Positions 45,916-55,958 of a stretch of DNA of 64,000 nt are shown here, one piece after another. The notes below the pieces were generated by a model. That model searched no databases and was not told where the DNA came from. It was given only the letters and a program-made list of their open reading frames with translations. Within the stretch, counting starts at the first letter, position 1, and each line of letters starts with the position of its first letter. Made by a program: the position numbers and the translations under genes. The stretch is from an uncultured Verrucomicrobiae bacterium (GTDB lineage Bacteria > Verrucomicrobiota > Verrucomicrobiia > Limisphaerales > Palsa-1400): assembly GCA_963707025.1 (NCBI GenBank), contig CAVPOM010000004.1, positions 736,001-800,000 of the forward strand, written 5' to 3'.

Positions 45916-46665
45916 TCAACCGGAGCGGTGGCTGCGGAGAATGACGCCCGTGGTGAAAAGGGAGAACCCAATGACGGAGAGGAAGAAAATGAAATCGCGC
46001 GAGTCCAGCAGCCCTTTGCTGAAGGTATTGAAATGGGTCATCACGCTGAAGGAGGCGACCAGGTTGACCAGCCAGGGCTTGTCCAGGAAGGATTGGAGGA
46101 ATTGGATGACCGGACGGAAGCCGCACAGGACCAGGAACAGGCAGATGACGACCGAGAGGATGAAACTGACGACCTGGTTGCGGGTCATGGCCGAGGTCAT
46201 GCAACTGATGGCCAGGTAGGCGCCGGCCATGAGGAAACTGCCCACGTAGGCGGTGAAGATGACGCCGTTGTCGGGCGAGCCGAGATAGTTGACCGTGATG
46301 ACGACCGGGAAGGTCAGGAAAAGGGCCAGGGCGAGAAAGAGCCAGGAGGCCAGGAACTTGCCGGCGATGGCCTGCCAGGCGGTGACCGGCATTGTCAATA
46401 ACAACTCCAAGGTGCCGACGCGCCGTTCCTCGGCCCAGAGGCGCATGCCAACGGCCGGCACCAGGAACAGGTAGAACCAGGGATGCCACAAAAAGAAGGA
46501 GCCGTCCAGGCTGGCCTGGCCGCGCTCGAAGAACCCGCCGAGGTAGAAGGTGAAAAAGCCGGTCAAGAGCAGAAAAATGACGATAAAGACGTAGGCGACG
46601 GGCGAACCGAAATAGCCGCTCAGTTCGCGCTTGGCGATGGTCTTGATGTTGCCGAAGGAGTTCAT
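45916..46665 (-). CDS. GldF-like ABC-2 permease
   Basis: KRELSGYFGSPVAY, MRLWAEERRVGTLELLLT. Confidence 0.88.
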   Translation of the reverse strand: MNSFGNIKTIAKRELSGYFGSPVAYVFIVIFLLLTGFFTFYLGGFFERGQASLDGSFFLWHPWFYLFLVPAVGMRLWAEERRVGTLELLLTMPVTAWQAIAGKFLASWLFLALALFLTFPVVITVNYLGSPDNGVIFTAYVGSFLMAGAYLAISCMTSAMTRNQVVSFILSVVICLFLVLCGFRPVIQFLQSFLDKPWLVNLVASFSVMTHFNTFSKGLLDSRDFIFFLSVIGFSLFTTGVILRSHRSG

Positions 46666-47621
46666 GGCGCGGCCTCCTTGCCCGTGTCCGGAAGGGTGAT
46701 GCTGCGGAAGACTTCGTCCAGACGGCCTTCGTCGGTGCGGACTTCCTCCACCTGCCAGCCGGAGGCGGCGGCGGCGACCAGGCGGGCCAGTTCGCCGTTT
46801 TGCTCGACCGTTTTGGGATAGACCCGGGCGCAGACTTTGCCTTTTTCCTCCTTGACGATGGTGGTTTTGCGGGCGCCGGGCAGGCTGGAGAGCCGTTCGA
46901 CGACGAGGTGTCCCGCCACGCCGCGGGCGATGAGCAGGACGGTTCCGGCCATTTCGGATTTGGCTTTGAGTTGCTGGGGCGTGCCGTTGGCCACGATCTG
47001 GCCCCGATCAATGATGATGGCCCGGGAACAGGCCGCTTCGACCTCCTCCAGGATATGCGTGGAAAAAATGATGGCCTTGCGCTCGCCCATGCGGCGGATC
47101 AAGCCGCGCACCTCATGTTTTTGATTGGGGTCCAGCCCGTCGGTCGGCTCGTCCATCACCAGGATCGGCGGGTCGTGAAGGATGGCCTGGGCGAAGCAGG
47201 TGCGATGACGGTAGCCTTTGGAGAGAGTGTCCACGCTTTGGAACCGGACCGATTGGAGGAAGCACATTTCGACAACGTCGTTGACCGCCTTGGTTTTGGC
47301 GCCGCCCCGGAAGCCGCGCAGTTCGGCGCAGAAGCTGAGGAAGCCCTCCACGGTCATGTCGGTGTAAGCCGGGGCATTTTCCGGCAGGTAGCCGATGAGG
47401 CGTTTGGCGGGGAGGGGATCGTTGACGATGTCAAACCCGCCGACGGTGACCTTGCCGGCGGTGGGGGGGATGAAGCCGGTGATCATCCGCATGGTGGTGG
47501 ATTTGCCGGCGCCGTTGGGGCCGAGAAATCCGAGCACTTCGCCCCGCTCCACCGTGAAGGAGACATCATTGACGGCCAGTTTAGGGCCGAACGACTTGCT
47601 CAAATGTTCAACTTTAATCAT
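46662..47621 (-). CDS. GldA-like ABC ATP-binding protein
   Basis: GPNGAGKST, LSKG, DEPTDGLDP. Confidence 0.9.
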   Translation of the reverse strand: MIKVEHLSKSFGPKLAVNDVSFTVERGEVLGFLGPNGAGKSTTMRMITGFIPPTAGKVTVGGFDIVNDPLPAKRLIGYLPENAPAYTDMTVEGFLSFCAELRGFRGGAKTKAVNDVVEMCFLQSVRFQSVDTLSKGYRHRTCFAQAILHDPPILVMDEPTDGLDPNQKHEVRGLIRRMGERKAIIFSTHILEEVEAACSRAIIIDRGQIVANGTPQQLKAKSEMAGTVLLIARGVAGHLVVERLSSLPGARKTTIVKEEKGKVCARVYPKTVEQNGELARLVAAAASGWQVEEVRTDEGRLDEVFRSITLPDTGKEAAP

Positions 47622-47798
47622 TCCAAATTCTCCGATGTTGGCCAGGCTGGCCTGGCATTAAACCGACTAATTAGCGGCGGCGGCGCTCAAAATCAAGTTT
47701 TCCCGGCCAACGGTAGTTTGACAAGATGGGGAAAAAATGTTCAATAATTTTTTTGCACGGATTTTCTCTTTTGGGGGCCACCCCCCTGGGGTCCGGAA

Positions 47799-47857
47799 GT
47801 GAAACTAGCTGAAACCAGGTGAAATTAGGTGAAACCAGGTGAAATTAACTGAAATCG
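47799..47857 (+). repeat. 10-bp-period TGAAA repeat array, copy 3
   Basis: gtgaaactag ctgaaaccag gtgaaattag gtgaaaccag gtgaaattaa ctgaaatc. Confidence 0.8.
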
Positions 47858-48130
47858 AAGTGACATGAGTGAGCGGCGGCAAAGTTGCAGGGGCGGCCGC
47901 TTCCGCGGCGCCGCCGGCCTGCCCTGTTCTGACGTTTCTGCGCATGCCATCTTTTCCTTAGTCAGAGGGTAGCATTTAGGGGATGGGCATGTCAAATTTT
48001 ATTTTAGGTAAGAAGCGGGCGGTGGAACGGTTCAGGCGAGCCGGCCGAGGAGGATGACAGCCAGAACGGCAGCGGCGGCGGACCAAAACAGCGCCACAGA
48101 TGACGGTAAAAAGCCAGTTGTAACTCAGTT

Positions 48131-48379
48131 TCATGCCCCCTTCTTTGGGGGGGCTTGACCCGGGAGGGCAATTCCCTGCGGAGGATGGGCAGGCCCGTAG
48201 GGGATGAACGTGGCCCAGGTCTTGCCGGACTCCATCTCGAATTGCGCGGTGCGGCCCGGGATGGGCGGGATGTGGAGCAGGATATGGCAGCTTGGACATT
48301 GGATCTGCCGGCCGGAAAACTGTTCGTCACACAACAGGTGTTGCCGGCATTGGGGACATTCGAATTTGAAGTCGCTCAT
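48131..48379 (-). CDS. Small zinc-ribbon protein
   Basis: FKFECPQC...IQCPSC. Confidence 0.65.
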   Translation of the reverse strand: MSDFKFECPQCRQHLLCDEQFSGRQIQCPSCHILLHIPPIPGRTAQFEMESGKTWATFIPYGPAHPPQGIALPGQAPPKKGA

Positions 48380-48657
48380 GGGTGTTGGATTTTAAATTCA
48401 ACGGATACTAACGCGGCAGTGTCCCTGTTGCAAGGGGGCGAATTGGCGGCAAAATCACACACTGCGGATGCACCGCCGTCGTCTCACCCGCCTGACGAAT
48501 GCCTTTTCCAGAAAGCTGGAAAATTTTAAAGCTGCGGTCGCGCTTAATTTCGCGTATTACAACTTCTGCAAAATGCACTTGGCGATTCGATGCACCCCGG
48601 CAATGGCGGCAGGCATCGAACCGAGCCAATGGACGGTTGCGGAACTGGTTGAACGCT

Positions 48658-48966
48658 GTGGCGAAAAGAGAATATATCGAACGGTTGCAGAGCGTGATTT
48701 TACACCTCTACGCCTGCAAGGCGGCATGGGTTGAAACCGTGCCTGTCCATGAGGTCTTTCGCGGCCAGACAGCCTGGAAAGGCTTTGTGGAGGTTTTCAC
48801 CCTGTCTGGACACCCCAAAGCCAAGAAAGCCTACGCCTGGAGCCATGCAGAGGGCAAAGACGACAAGGGAGAGCGATTCGTGACCGTACTGGAAATACCG
48901 GCCGTCGAATCCCCGCAAACGGCGGTCAAAGTGGCGATTGCGGCGGAAGTGAGGGGGAAGAAATGA
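48658..48966 (+). CDS. Hypothetical passenger protein
   Basis: Protein-like ORF VPVHEVFRGQTAWKGFVEVF..GHPKAKKAYAWS following the transposase remnant. Confidence 0.65.
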   Translation: MAKREYIERLQSVILHLYACKAAWVETVPVHEVFRGQTAWKGFVEVFTLSGHPKAKKAYAWSHAEGKDDKGERFVTVLEIPAVESPQTAVKVAIAAEVRGKK

Positions 48967-49127
48967 ACATAAAAGCACTATTGCCTAATGTTATGGTGGC
49001 GATGGTGTGCGCGGCTGGGTTGGTGTTCACTTTAATCACTCGCAGTATCTTCGGCGTCATTTTCTGGGCTATTGCCTTTTTTTGCTGCATTAGGTCGGCA
49101 ATCAAACAGGCAAAAAAGCCAAATTAG
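48963..49127 (+). CDS. 54-aa two-TM protein (absent from ORF track)
   Basis: ATGA overlap with previous ORF; MNIKALLPNVMVAMVCAAGLVFTLITRSIFGVIFWAIAFFCCIRSAIKQAKKPN*. Confidence 0.5.
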   Translation: MNIKALLPNVMVAMVCAAGLVFTLITRSIFGVIFWAIAFFCCIRSAIKQAKKPN

Positions 49128-49244
49128 GACACTACCCAATGGCGGGCATTGGAGGCAGGGGGTGCCGATCACCCGTGGAGCTTGGAAGAAATCGTTAGAT
49201 TGCTGGCTTGAATTTCTATTGGCCGGGATGATAAGCTTAGTCAA

Positions 49245-49484
49245 GTGAAGCGGTACAGAGCATACGATACTGCGGCAGCCATTGTAACGGCAGCAGGGGT
49301 TCTTTCTCTGGTAGGCGTCTATCTCCCAATTCTCAACCCCGGATTTTACCAAGTCAGCCTGCACCAAAAAAGTCTTCCTTCGATTGGGCATTACATTATA
49401 GGGACACCAATTGCACTTTTCATCTTGGCCGTTGGCTGGCATTTGAATCGAAAAGCAGAGCAACTGAGGAAAAACGGGAAATAG
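49245..49484 (+). CDS. 79-aa two-TM protein
   Basis: Two hydrophobic helices and basic tail; low GC. Confidence 0.5.
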   Translation: MKRYRAYDTAAAIVTAAGVLSLVGVYLPILNPGFYQVSLHQKSLPSIGHYIIGTPIALFILAVGWHLNRKAEQLRKNGK

Positions 49485-49729
49485 AACTCCAAACTGTACC
49501 ACTGCCAAATGGCGGGTAATGGCCTAACTTGATGGTTGTAGTGTCGGCGTCCTGTCCGTCGTAGCCTTGGCGAAGGGGGATGTGCGCCCAGATCGAGCCA
49601 CAGGCTCGACGATACAACAAATTAGCGGCCCGCGCGAGGCACCCGGGCGGCACGCAATACCCGGGTTCGCGGAAAAAAGGCAGAACAAAAACTGGCGAAG
49701 CTGGCCATAATTTGCTATTCTAAAAGCAA

Positions 49730-52243
49730 ATGAAGCCCTTGCGCCGTTTGTTTTTCTTGCCCTGGCTGGCGGGAGCGCTCATTTTCGCATGGGAAAGCCC
49801 TGATGCGCGCGCGGACGGGACGGCGGGAGTGGCGCAATTTCACAAGAACGTCCAGCCCATTTTGCAGGAATACTGCTACGAGTGCCACGGGGACGGGATG
49901 AACAAGGGCGACGTGGCCTTCGATGAGTTGAACTCCAACGACGAGATTCTCAATCGCGAGTTGTGGAGCAAAGTGATGAAGTACCTGCGCGCCGGGATCA
50001 TGCCGCCGCCGAAGGCGCCGCGCCCCCGCGCCGCGGAGCAAAAGGTGCTGGAGGATTGGGTCAAAGGCGAGGCGTTCGGGATTGACCCGAAGAATCCGGA
50101 TCCCGGCCGGGTGACGCTGCGGCGGCTGAACCGGGTGGAGTATCGCAACACGATCCGGGATTTGATGGGGGTGGATTTCAACACGGATGAGGAGTTTCCG
50201 CCGGACGATACGGGCTACGGATTCGACGATATCGGAGATGTTCTGACGGTGTCGCCCCTGTTGCTGGAAAAATACATGGGTGCGGCCAGCGCCATTGTGG
50301 ACGAGGCGGTGCCGAAAGTGGCGAAGGTGATGCCGCAAGTCACGCTGGCCGGGAGCCGGTTTCGCGCCGGCGGGGCGGAGGCGGGCAGCGGCAGCCGGGG
50401 CGGGAAGCGCCGGGACACACCGCTGGGCTTGTCGTATTACGAGCCGGCGACGGTCTCCGCCTCCTGGAACGCGGAGCAGGCCGGGAGTTACCGGCTGGCG
50501 CTGGACTTGTCGGTGCGCGGCACGTTTGATTTCGATCCGGGCAAGTGCCGGGTCATTTTCAAAGTGGATGGGCGGGAGTTGCTGAGAAAGGAGTTTTCCT
50601 GGGAGGACAACAAGACCTTTCCGCCGTTTAATTTCCAGGAGCAATGGCAGGCGGGCGGGCATCAAATGAGCTTCGAGCTGGAACCTTTGACGCCGCTGGC
50701 ACAGAAAGTCAACTCGCTGGAAATGCGGATCAACTCCCTCACCATTCAAGGCCCGCTGGAGGAGAAGTATTGGCGGCGTCCAAAAAACTATGAGCGGTTT
50801 TTTACCAGGGATGCGCCTGAAGACGCGGCCGGGCGGCGGCAATATGCGCGGGAGGTGCTGGGCAACTTCGCCCGGAAAGCCTGGCGCCGCCCGGTGGATG
50901 GCAGGACGCTGGATCGTTTGGTGGCGCTGGCCGGCAGTGTCTCTGATCAGCCGGGGAGGAGCTTCGAGGCGGGAGTGGCCCAGGCCATGGTGGCGGTGCT
51001 GGCCTCGCCGCGGTTTCTCTTCCGGAGCGAGGCGGGTGAACCGACTGCCTCCAAGGAAGCCTACCCGTTGGTGGATGAATACTCGCTGGCCTCGCGGCTG
51101 TCCTACTTTCTGTGGTCCACCATGCCGGACGACGAGTTGTTTGGCCTGGCGGCGCGGGGTGAATTGCGCAAGAACCTGGGAGCGCAGGTGAAACGGATGC
51201 TGGCCGACCCGCGCTCCGAAGCGCTGGTGAATAATTTCACCGGCCAATGGCTGCAAGCGCGCGAGCTGGAGGGGCTGACAATTGACGCGCGGGCGGTGCT
51301 GGCCAGAGAACAGGGCGGCGGCCCGCGGGGCTTGAACCACGGAGGGAGACCGGCCAAGCCGGGCCTGGAGCTGGATGGCGAACTGCGCCACGCCATGGCG
51401 CGGGAAACGGAAATGGTCTTTTCCAGCATCCTGCACGAAGACCGCAGCCTCCTGGAGTTGATTGACAGCGACTACACCTTCCTCAACCAGAAACTGGCCG
51501 GGGCTTACGGTCTGACCAACCTGGGCGTGACCGGATCGGACATGCGCCGCGTCACCCTGCCCCCCGACAGTCCGCGGGGAGGAGTGCTGACGGAGGGAAC
51601 GGTGCTGGTGGTCACGTCAAACCCGGATCGAACCTCGCCGGTCAAGCGCGGGCTGTTTGTGCTCAACAATATTTTGGGATCGCCCCCGCCGCCCCCGCCG
51701 CCCAACGTGCCGGCGCTGGAGGCGGCGGAAAAAGATTTTCACGACCACGAGCCGACCTTGCGGGAGACGCTGAGCGCGCACCGGGACAGGCCGGAGTGCG
51801 CGTCCTGCCACTCGCGGCTGGACCCGGTGGGGCTGGCCTTCGAGAATTTCAACGCGCTGGGCCTGTGGCGCGAGCAGGAGCGCGGCCAGAAGATTGAGCC
51901 TGCAGGTCGTTTGATCACGGGCGAATCTTTCCAGAACGCGCGGGAATTGAAGCACATTTTGGCCGGCAACCATCGGGTGGAGTTTTACCGTTGTCTGACA
52001 GAGAAGATGCTCACCTATGCCACGGGCCGCGGCATGGAGTACTACGACACCGGGACGGTGGATGAGATCGTCCGGCGGCTGGAGGAGGACAACGGCCGGT
52101 CTTCCGCGCTGTTGACCGGCATCATCGAGTCGGCTCCTTTCCAAAAAGAGCGGCGCCAGGCCAACGCCACCTTGTCCGGCGCAGCCGAGCCTTCCAGAAA
52201 GAATCCTGCCGGCCCGACGGGCCGAAACCAATCCACACCATGA
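49730..52243 (+). CDS. DUF1592/1588/1595/1587/1585 family protein with heme c motifs
   Basis: CYECH, LRRLNRVEY, YGFD, ASRLSYFLWST, TSPVKRG, CASCH. Confidence 0.9.
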   Translation: MKPLRRLFFLPWLAGALIFAWESPDARADGTAGVAQFHKNVQPILQEYCYECHGDGMNKGDVAFDELNSNDEILNRELWSKVMKYLRAGIMPPPKAPRPRAAEQKVLEDWVKGEAFGIDPKNPDPGRVTLRRLNRVEYRNTIRDLMGVDFNTDEEFPPDDTGYGFDDIGDVLTVSPLLLEKYMGAASAIVDEAVPKVAKVMPQVTLAGSRFRAGGAEAGSGSRGGKRRDTPLGLSYYEPATVSASWNAEQAGSYRLALDLSVRGTFDFDPGKCRVIFKVDGRELLRKEFSWEDNKTFPPFNFQEQWQAGGHQMSFELEPLTPLAQKVNSLEMRINSLTIQGPLEEKYWRRPKNYERFFTRDAPEDAAGRRQYAREVLGNFARKAWRRPVDGRTLDRLVALAGSVSDQPGRSFEAGVAQAMVAVLASPRFLFRSEAGEPTASKEAYPLVDEYSLASRLSYFLWSTMPDDELFGLAARGELRKNLGAQVKRMLADPRSEALVNNFTGQWLQARELEGLTIDARAVLAREQGGGPRGLNHGGRPAKPGLELDGELRHAMARETEMVFSSILHEDRSLLELIDSDYTFLNQKLAGAYGLTNLGVTGSDMRRVTLPPDSPRGGVLTEGTVLVVTSNPDRTSPVKRGLFVLNNILGSPPPPPPPNVPALEAAEKDFHDHEPTLRETLSAHRDRPECASCHSRLDPVGLAFENFNALGLWREQERGQKIEPAGRLITGESFQNARELKHILAGNHRVEFYRCLTEKMLTYATGRGMEYYDTGTVDEIVRRLEEDNGRSSALLTGIIESAPFQKERRQANATLSGAAEPSRKNPAGPTGRNQSTP

Positions 52244-53635
52244 AAACACCCATGAATCAAAACACGGCCGCCGCACGGCGGATGAACCTGAGCCGCCGGC
52301 GGTTTCTGCGCGGGCTGGGAGCTTGCATCGCCCTGCCGGCTTTTGAGTCTCTTGCCCCAATGCGCCTGCTGGCCGGCCCGGTGGCGGCGGCGGGAGCCGC
52401 GGGCCAGGCGGCGCCGGTCCGAATGGCGTTCCTCTATGTGCCCAACGGGATTATCCCGTCGGCCTGGTGGCCGGAAGGGAATGGGGGAACGGATTTTGAA
52501 CTGCCGCGCACGTTGCGGACGCTGCAGAAGGTCAAGGGCGAGGTGCAGCTCATCTCTGGATTGGAAGACCTCAGCGCCAATCCCGGCATGGACGGGGGTG
52601 GCGACCATGCGCGGGCTGGCGGCACTTTCCTGACCGGAGTGCGGATCAAAAAAACGGCGGGGTCGGACATTTTTGCGGGGGTTTCCTTCGACCAGTTGAT
52701 GGCGCAGCGGATGGGCCACCTGACGCGCTTTCCTTCCCTGGAATTGAGCTGCGATGCCATTCGCAAGGCGGGCGATTGTGATTCCGGCTATTCCTGCGCC
52801 TACGGATACAATTTGGCCTGGCGCTCGCCCACCCAGCCAGTCAGCCCGGATGCCAATCCGCGCCTGGTCTTCGAGCGGTTGTTCGGCGAGGGACCCGCCG
52901 GCCAGCGGAACATCAACCTGCAACGGCGGCAAAAGGAGCAACAATCCATACTGGACTTTGTGCTGACGGACGCCAAGGCGATGGAGGCCACCATGAACGG
53001 ACGGGACCGGCAGAAGCTGGATCAATACCTGACTAGCGTGCGCGAGATCGAGCAGCGCATCGAGAGGGCGGAGCGGATGCCCCTGGCCAACCCGGCTGGA
53101 GACGCCCCGGCTGGCATCCCTGCCAACTTCGGCGAGCACGTGCAGTTGATGCTGGACATGCTGCTGCTGGCCTTCCAGACCGATTCGACCCGCGTGGCCA
53201 CCCTCCTGCTGGCCGGGGAAGGGAGCAACCGCTCGTTTGCCGAGATCGGGATTTCGGAAGGGCACCATAATCTCACCCACCACCGAGACCAGCCGGACAT
53301 GATCGCCAAGGTGAAGGAGATTGATTTGTGGTATGCAACGCAGCTTGGAAAATTCCTGGAAAAAATGGACCGGAACCCAGGACGTCAACGGTCAATCTCT
53401 GCTGCACAACTCGATGATACTCTACGGTTCGGGCAATGCCGACGGCAACCGCCATACCCACACCAACCTGCCGATTCTGCTCGCTGGCTCCGCCGGCGGC
53501 GGCCTCAAGACCGGCCGCTATCTCAAAACCGAGCCGGCGCCCTTGACCAACTTGTTTCTGAGCATGGCGGACCGGATGGGTGTCCAGGGAATCGAACGTC
53601 ATGGTGATTCCACCGGGCGTCTGGCGGGGGTGTGA
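52240..53635 (+). CDS. DUF1552 family Tat protein; frameshift near 53374
   Basis: SRRRFLRG, YVPNG, NPRLVFERLF, HHNLTHH; C-terminus GNRHTHTNLP...HGDSTG in the next frame. Confidence 0.88.
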
Positions 53636-53657
53636 TTCGGAACGGCAAGACGGGCCA

Positions 53658-53717
53658 GATTAGGATTAAGATTAGGATTAAGATTAAGATTAGGATTAGG
53701 ATTAGGATTAGGATTCA
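53658..53717 (+). repeat. Hexamer tandem repeat (GATTAG/GATTAA), 9 units plus one degenerate
   Basis: Read directly; degenerate copies at 15946-15968 (minus) and 41359-41377. Confidence 0.9.
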
Positions 53718-53972
53718 AGAGCCTGAGAAATGGCGGTGGTCATCGCCGGCGAAGGCAGACGCAAGATCGAGGATGGATTGCTACGGGCCGGCAGGCGCGG
53801 CCCGCAGCATCCCGATTCGGAATCGGGACGTGCCTTGGAAGAATGAAACAGCCTTCTGGCAATGCGCCCGGGCAACGAATGTTACAATTGGACGGCTTCT
53901 CCCAAGTCTTTGTGAATCAACCACATCAGATGCTTGAAGTTTTGTCGAGTTCGCCCCATATTATTGAAACTT

Positions 53973-55121
53973 ATGAAAACAGCGCGTTTGAAAAACATCG
54001 CGAGGGGCTGCGGAGCGGGTCTTTTGTTTTTAACAGTTTCCCAAACCGGCCTGGCCCAGGTGCCTGGTCTCGTGATGGGTCCCGTGATCAGCATCACCAG
54101 CCCCGCCAATCACGCCGATTTTTTCACGCCGGTGGATATTCCCATATTCGCTCGTGTGGAGGATGCTCCCCGCACCACCAACGTGGAGTTTTACGCGGGC
54201 ACAACGGACCTTGGTCCCGGTTTCAGTTTGGGGGCCGCTATACTGCCGCCGGCATCGCCGTTCTTAAGGGCTTGGCAAGAGCCGAGGCTCGCTTCTGTTT
54301 ATTGTCTGATATGGACCAACCCGCCAGGCGGTTCCTATGCTTTGACGGCCGTGAACACAGGCAGCAACGGCCTCGGAGGCTATTTAAGAGAGTATTTGTC
54401 CAGAACTTCCGCGCCGGTGAACATCACCGTAATGACCTCCACGGCCCCGAGGAACGGGCCGGACGTGGTGAGCGTGGTGGCCACGGATCCCATCGCGATT
54501 TCCGGGACCAATTCCTGGGTCTGGCGTAACATGCCCAACGCCACCCCGTCCTGGATCAACTGGCCGCCGCCCATTTGGCAGAGCTACACCAATTGGGGAC
54601 CCAAGGACGCCCTGTTCACCGTGCGCCGTTTCGGCGATGCCAGTGCCGGCCTGACCGTGACCTACAGCCTCGGCGGCACGGCCGCCAACGGCACCAACTA
54701 TGCCGCCTTGCCCGGGTCTGTCACCATTCCCGCCGGGATGGCCTACGCCTTGATTCCCGTCGTTCCTATTGACAACGGCCCGCCCTACACTCCCAAGACC
54801 GTTATTCTCACCCTGACCCCGGATACCAACGCCCCGCCGGCCTGCGTCCTTGGAATCCCGCGCCAGGCCGCGGCGGTCATCCTGCATGACTGGATTCGGC
54901 CTTTGCCATTCCTGTTGTCCGACGGCAGTTTTCATCTCAACGCCGGAGGCCCCGACGGCGCCTGGTTCGCCACCGAGGTCTCGACCGATTTGCTGAACTG
55001 GTCCTCCGTCGGCACCAACCAGGTATTCCAAGGCTCCCTGGATTTTGTGGACATGAACGCGCCGGGCAATCCAGTCCGTTTTTACCTGGCCATCCCCCAG
55101 CTCACTCCGCCGACGCAGTAG
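53973..55121 (+). CDS. Secreted protein with Ig-like and Calx-beta-like domains
   Basis: ISITSPAN...VEFYAG; LTVTYSLGGTAANGTNY; C-terminal EVSTDLLNW...FY domain. Confidence 0.75.
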   Translation: MKTARLKNIARGCGAGLLFLTVSQTGLAQVPGLVMGPVISITSPANHADFFTPVDIPIFARVEDAPRTTNVEFYAGTTDLGPGFSLGAAILPPASPFLRAWQEPRLASVYCLIWTNPPGGSYALTAVNTGSNGLGGYLREYLSRTSAPVNITVMTSTAPRNGPDVVSVVATDPIAISGTNSWVWRNMPNATPSWINWPPPIWQSYTNWGPKDALFTVRRFGDASAGLTVTYSLGGTAANGTNYAALPGSVTIPAGMAYALIPVVPIDNGPPYTPKTVILTLTPDTNAPPACVLGIPRQAAAVILHDWIRPLPFLLSDGSFHLNAGGPDGAWFATEVSTDLLNWSSVGTNQVFQGSLDFVDMNAPGNPVRFYLAIPQLTPPTQ

Positions 55122-55175
55122 CTTGCATCCGGCTGGCCGGGCAATCATCTCTCCGCCTAAAGCGCCATCATCGCG

Positions 55176-55520
55176 CTACCAACGGCGAAGGAAATGCGGG
55201 CGTGCCGCATGTACCCCCAGGCGAACCCGCGGATAAAAGTAAGGATAAACCAGCGGGGCAGGGACGCAACAGACTGGCGCCGGCGCCACGATCACGGGAG
55301 CCGGGGCGCAATAAGGCGCCACATAAACCCTTGGCGAATAGGCGTAACAGGCCGGCGGCGGACAGTATGCCACCGTCCTGCCGACCATGGTGCCGACGGC
55401 AAATCCGCCAACGACGCCTGCCGCCACCGGCCAGCCGCCGGCACGGGCATTGGAAACCCCTGCCGTGGCCAGGGTGAGAACGACCGCCGCAACCGCCGGG
55501 ACTTTCATAAGCTTTTTCAT
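55176..55520 (-). CDS. Small secreted Pro/Tyr/Val-rich protein
   Basis: Signal peptide, GVVGGFAVG, YxxP repeats. Confidence 0.6.
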   Translation of the reverse strand: MKKLMKVPAVAAVVLTLATAGVSNARAGGWPVAAGVVGGFAVGTMVGRTVAYCPPPACYAYSPRVYVAPYCAPAPVIVAPAPVCCVPAPLVYPYFYPRVRLGVHAARPHFLRRW

Positions 55521-55958
55521 ATTGATCCTTTGCATAAAACGTTGCTTTCTTTCGCGGATCCGATGCTTCCGCATCCGGCCCTGTTCCATCCGCGGCCCTC
55601 TGTCTTCCTATACGGTCGGATTGGGGTGATCTTGCACGCCATGGCGCCGGGAACGGGATTGATCGGTGGGAGGCGGGCGCGCGGGACACAGCCACCCTGG
55701 GATCAAACAAAGGCCGAGGCTCGAGGTCAAATCCGGCCGGGGGAATGCGGTCATCGTACTAATTACGTTGATTTCGCCGATTCTAAAAGCCGTCTTTCTC
55801 CCGCTGGAAACCTGTCATTTTCAGCCCGTCCAAAAGAGTGAGAAAGGAGATCTGCACTCGGGATGAACTGGGAAGGCATATTGCTGACCCGTTCGACCCT
55901 TCGATTGGTTTCGGGCTTGCTTATACCTCTTGGTAAGAGGTAAACTAAATTCAAAACA

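Larger units (their letters stand above)
48415..49136 (+). mobile_element. Internally deleted IS1-like element with passenger ORFs
   Basis: Ends GGCAGTGTCC / GGACACTACC (9/10 inverted match); transposase C-terminal remnant RLTRLTNAFSRKLEN...YYNFC...TPAMAAG at about 48460-48660. Confidence 0.6.

Noticed and set aside
42687..47621. Gliding motility system
   Set aside because: GldAFG-like ABC modules are widespread; no motor or T9SS genes in the window.
53632..53937. ORF with IRIKIRIK run
   Set aside because: Translation of the GATTAR hexamer repeat.
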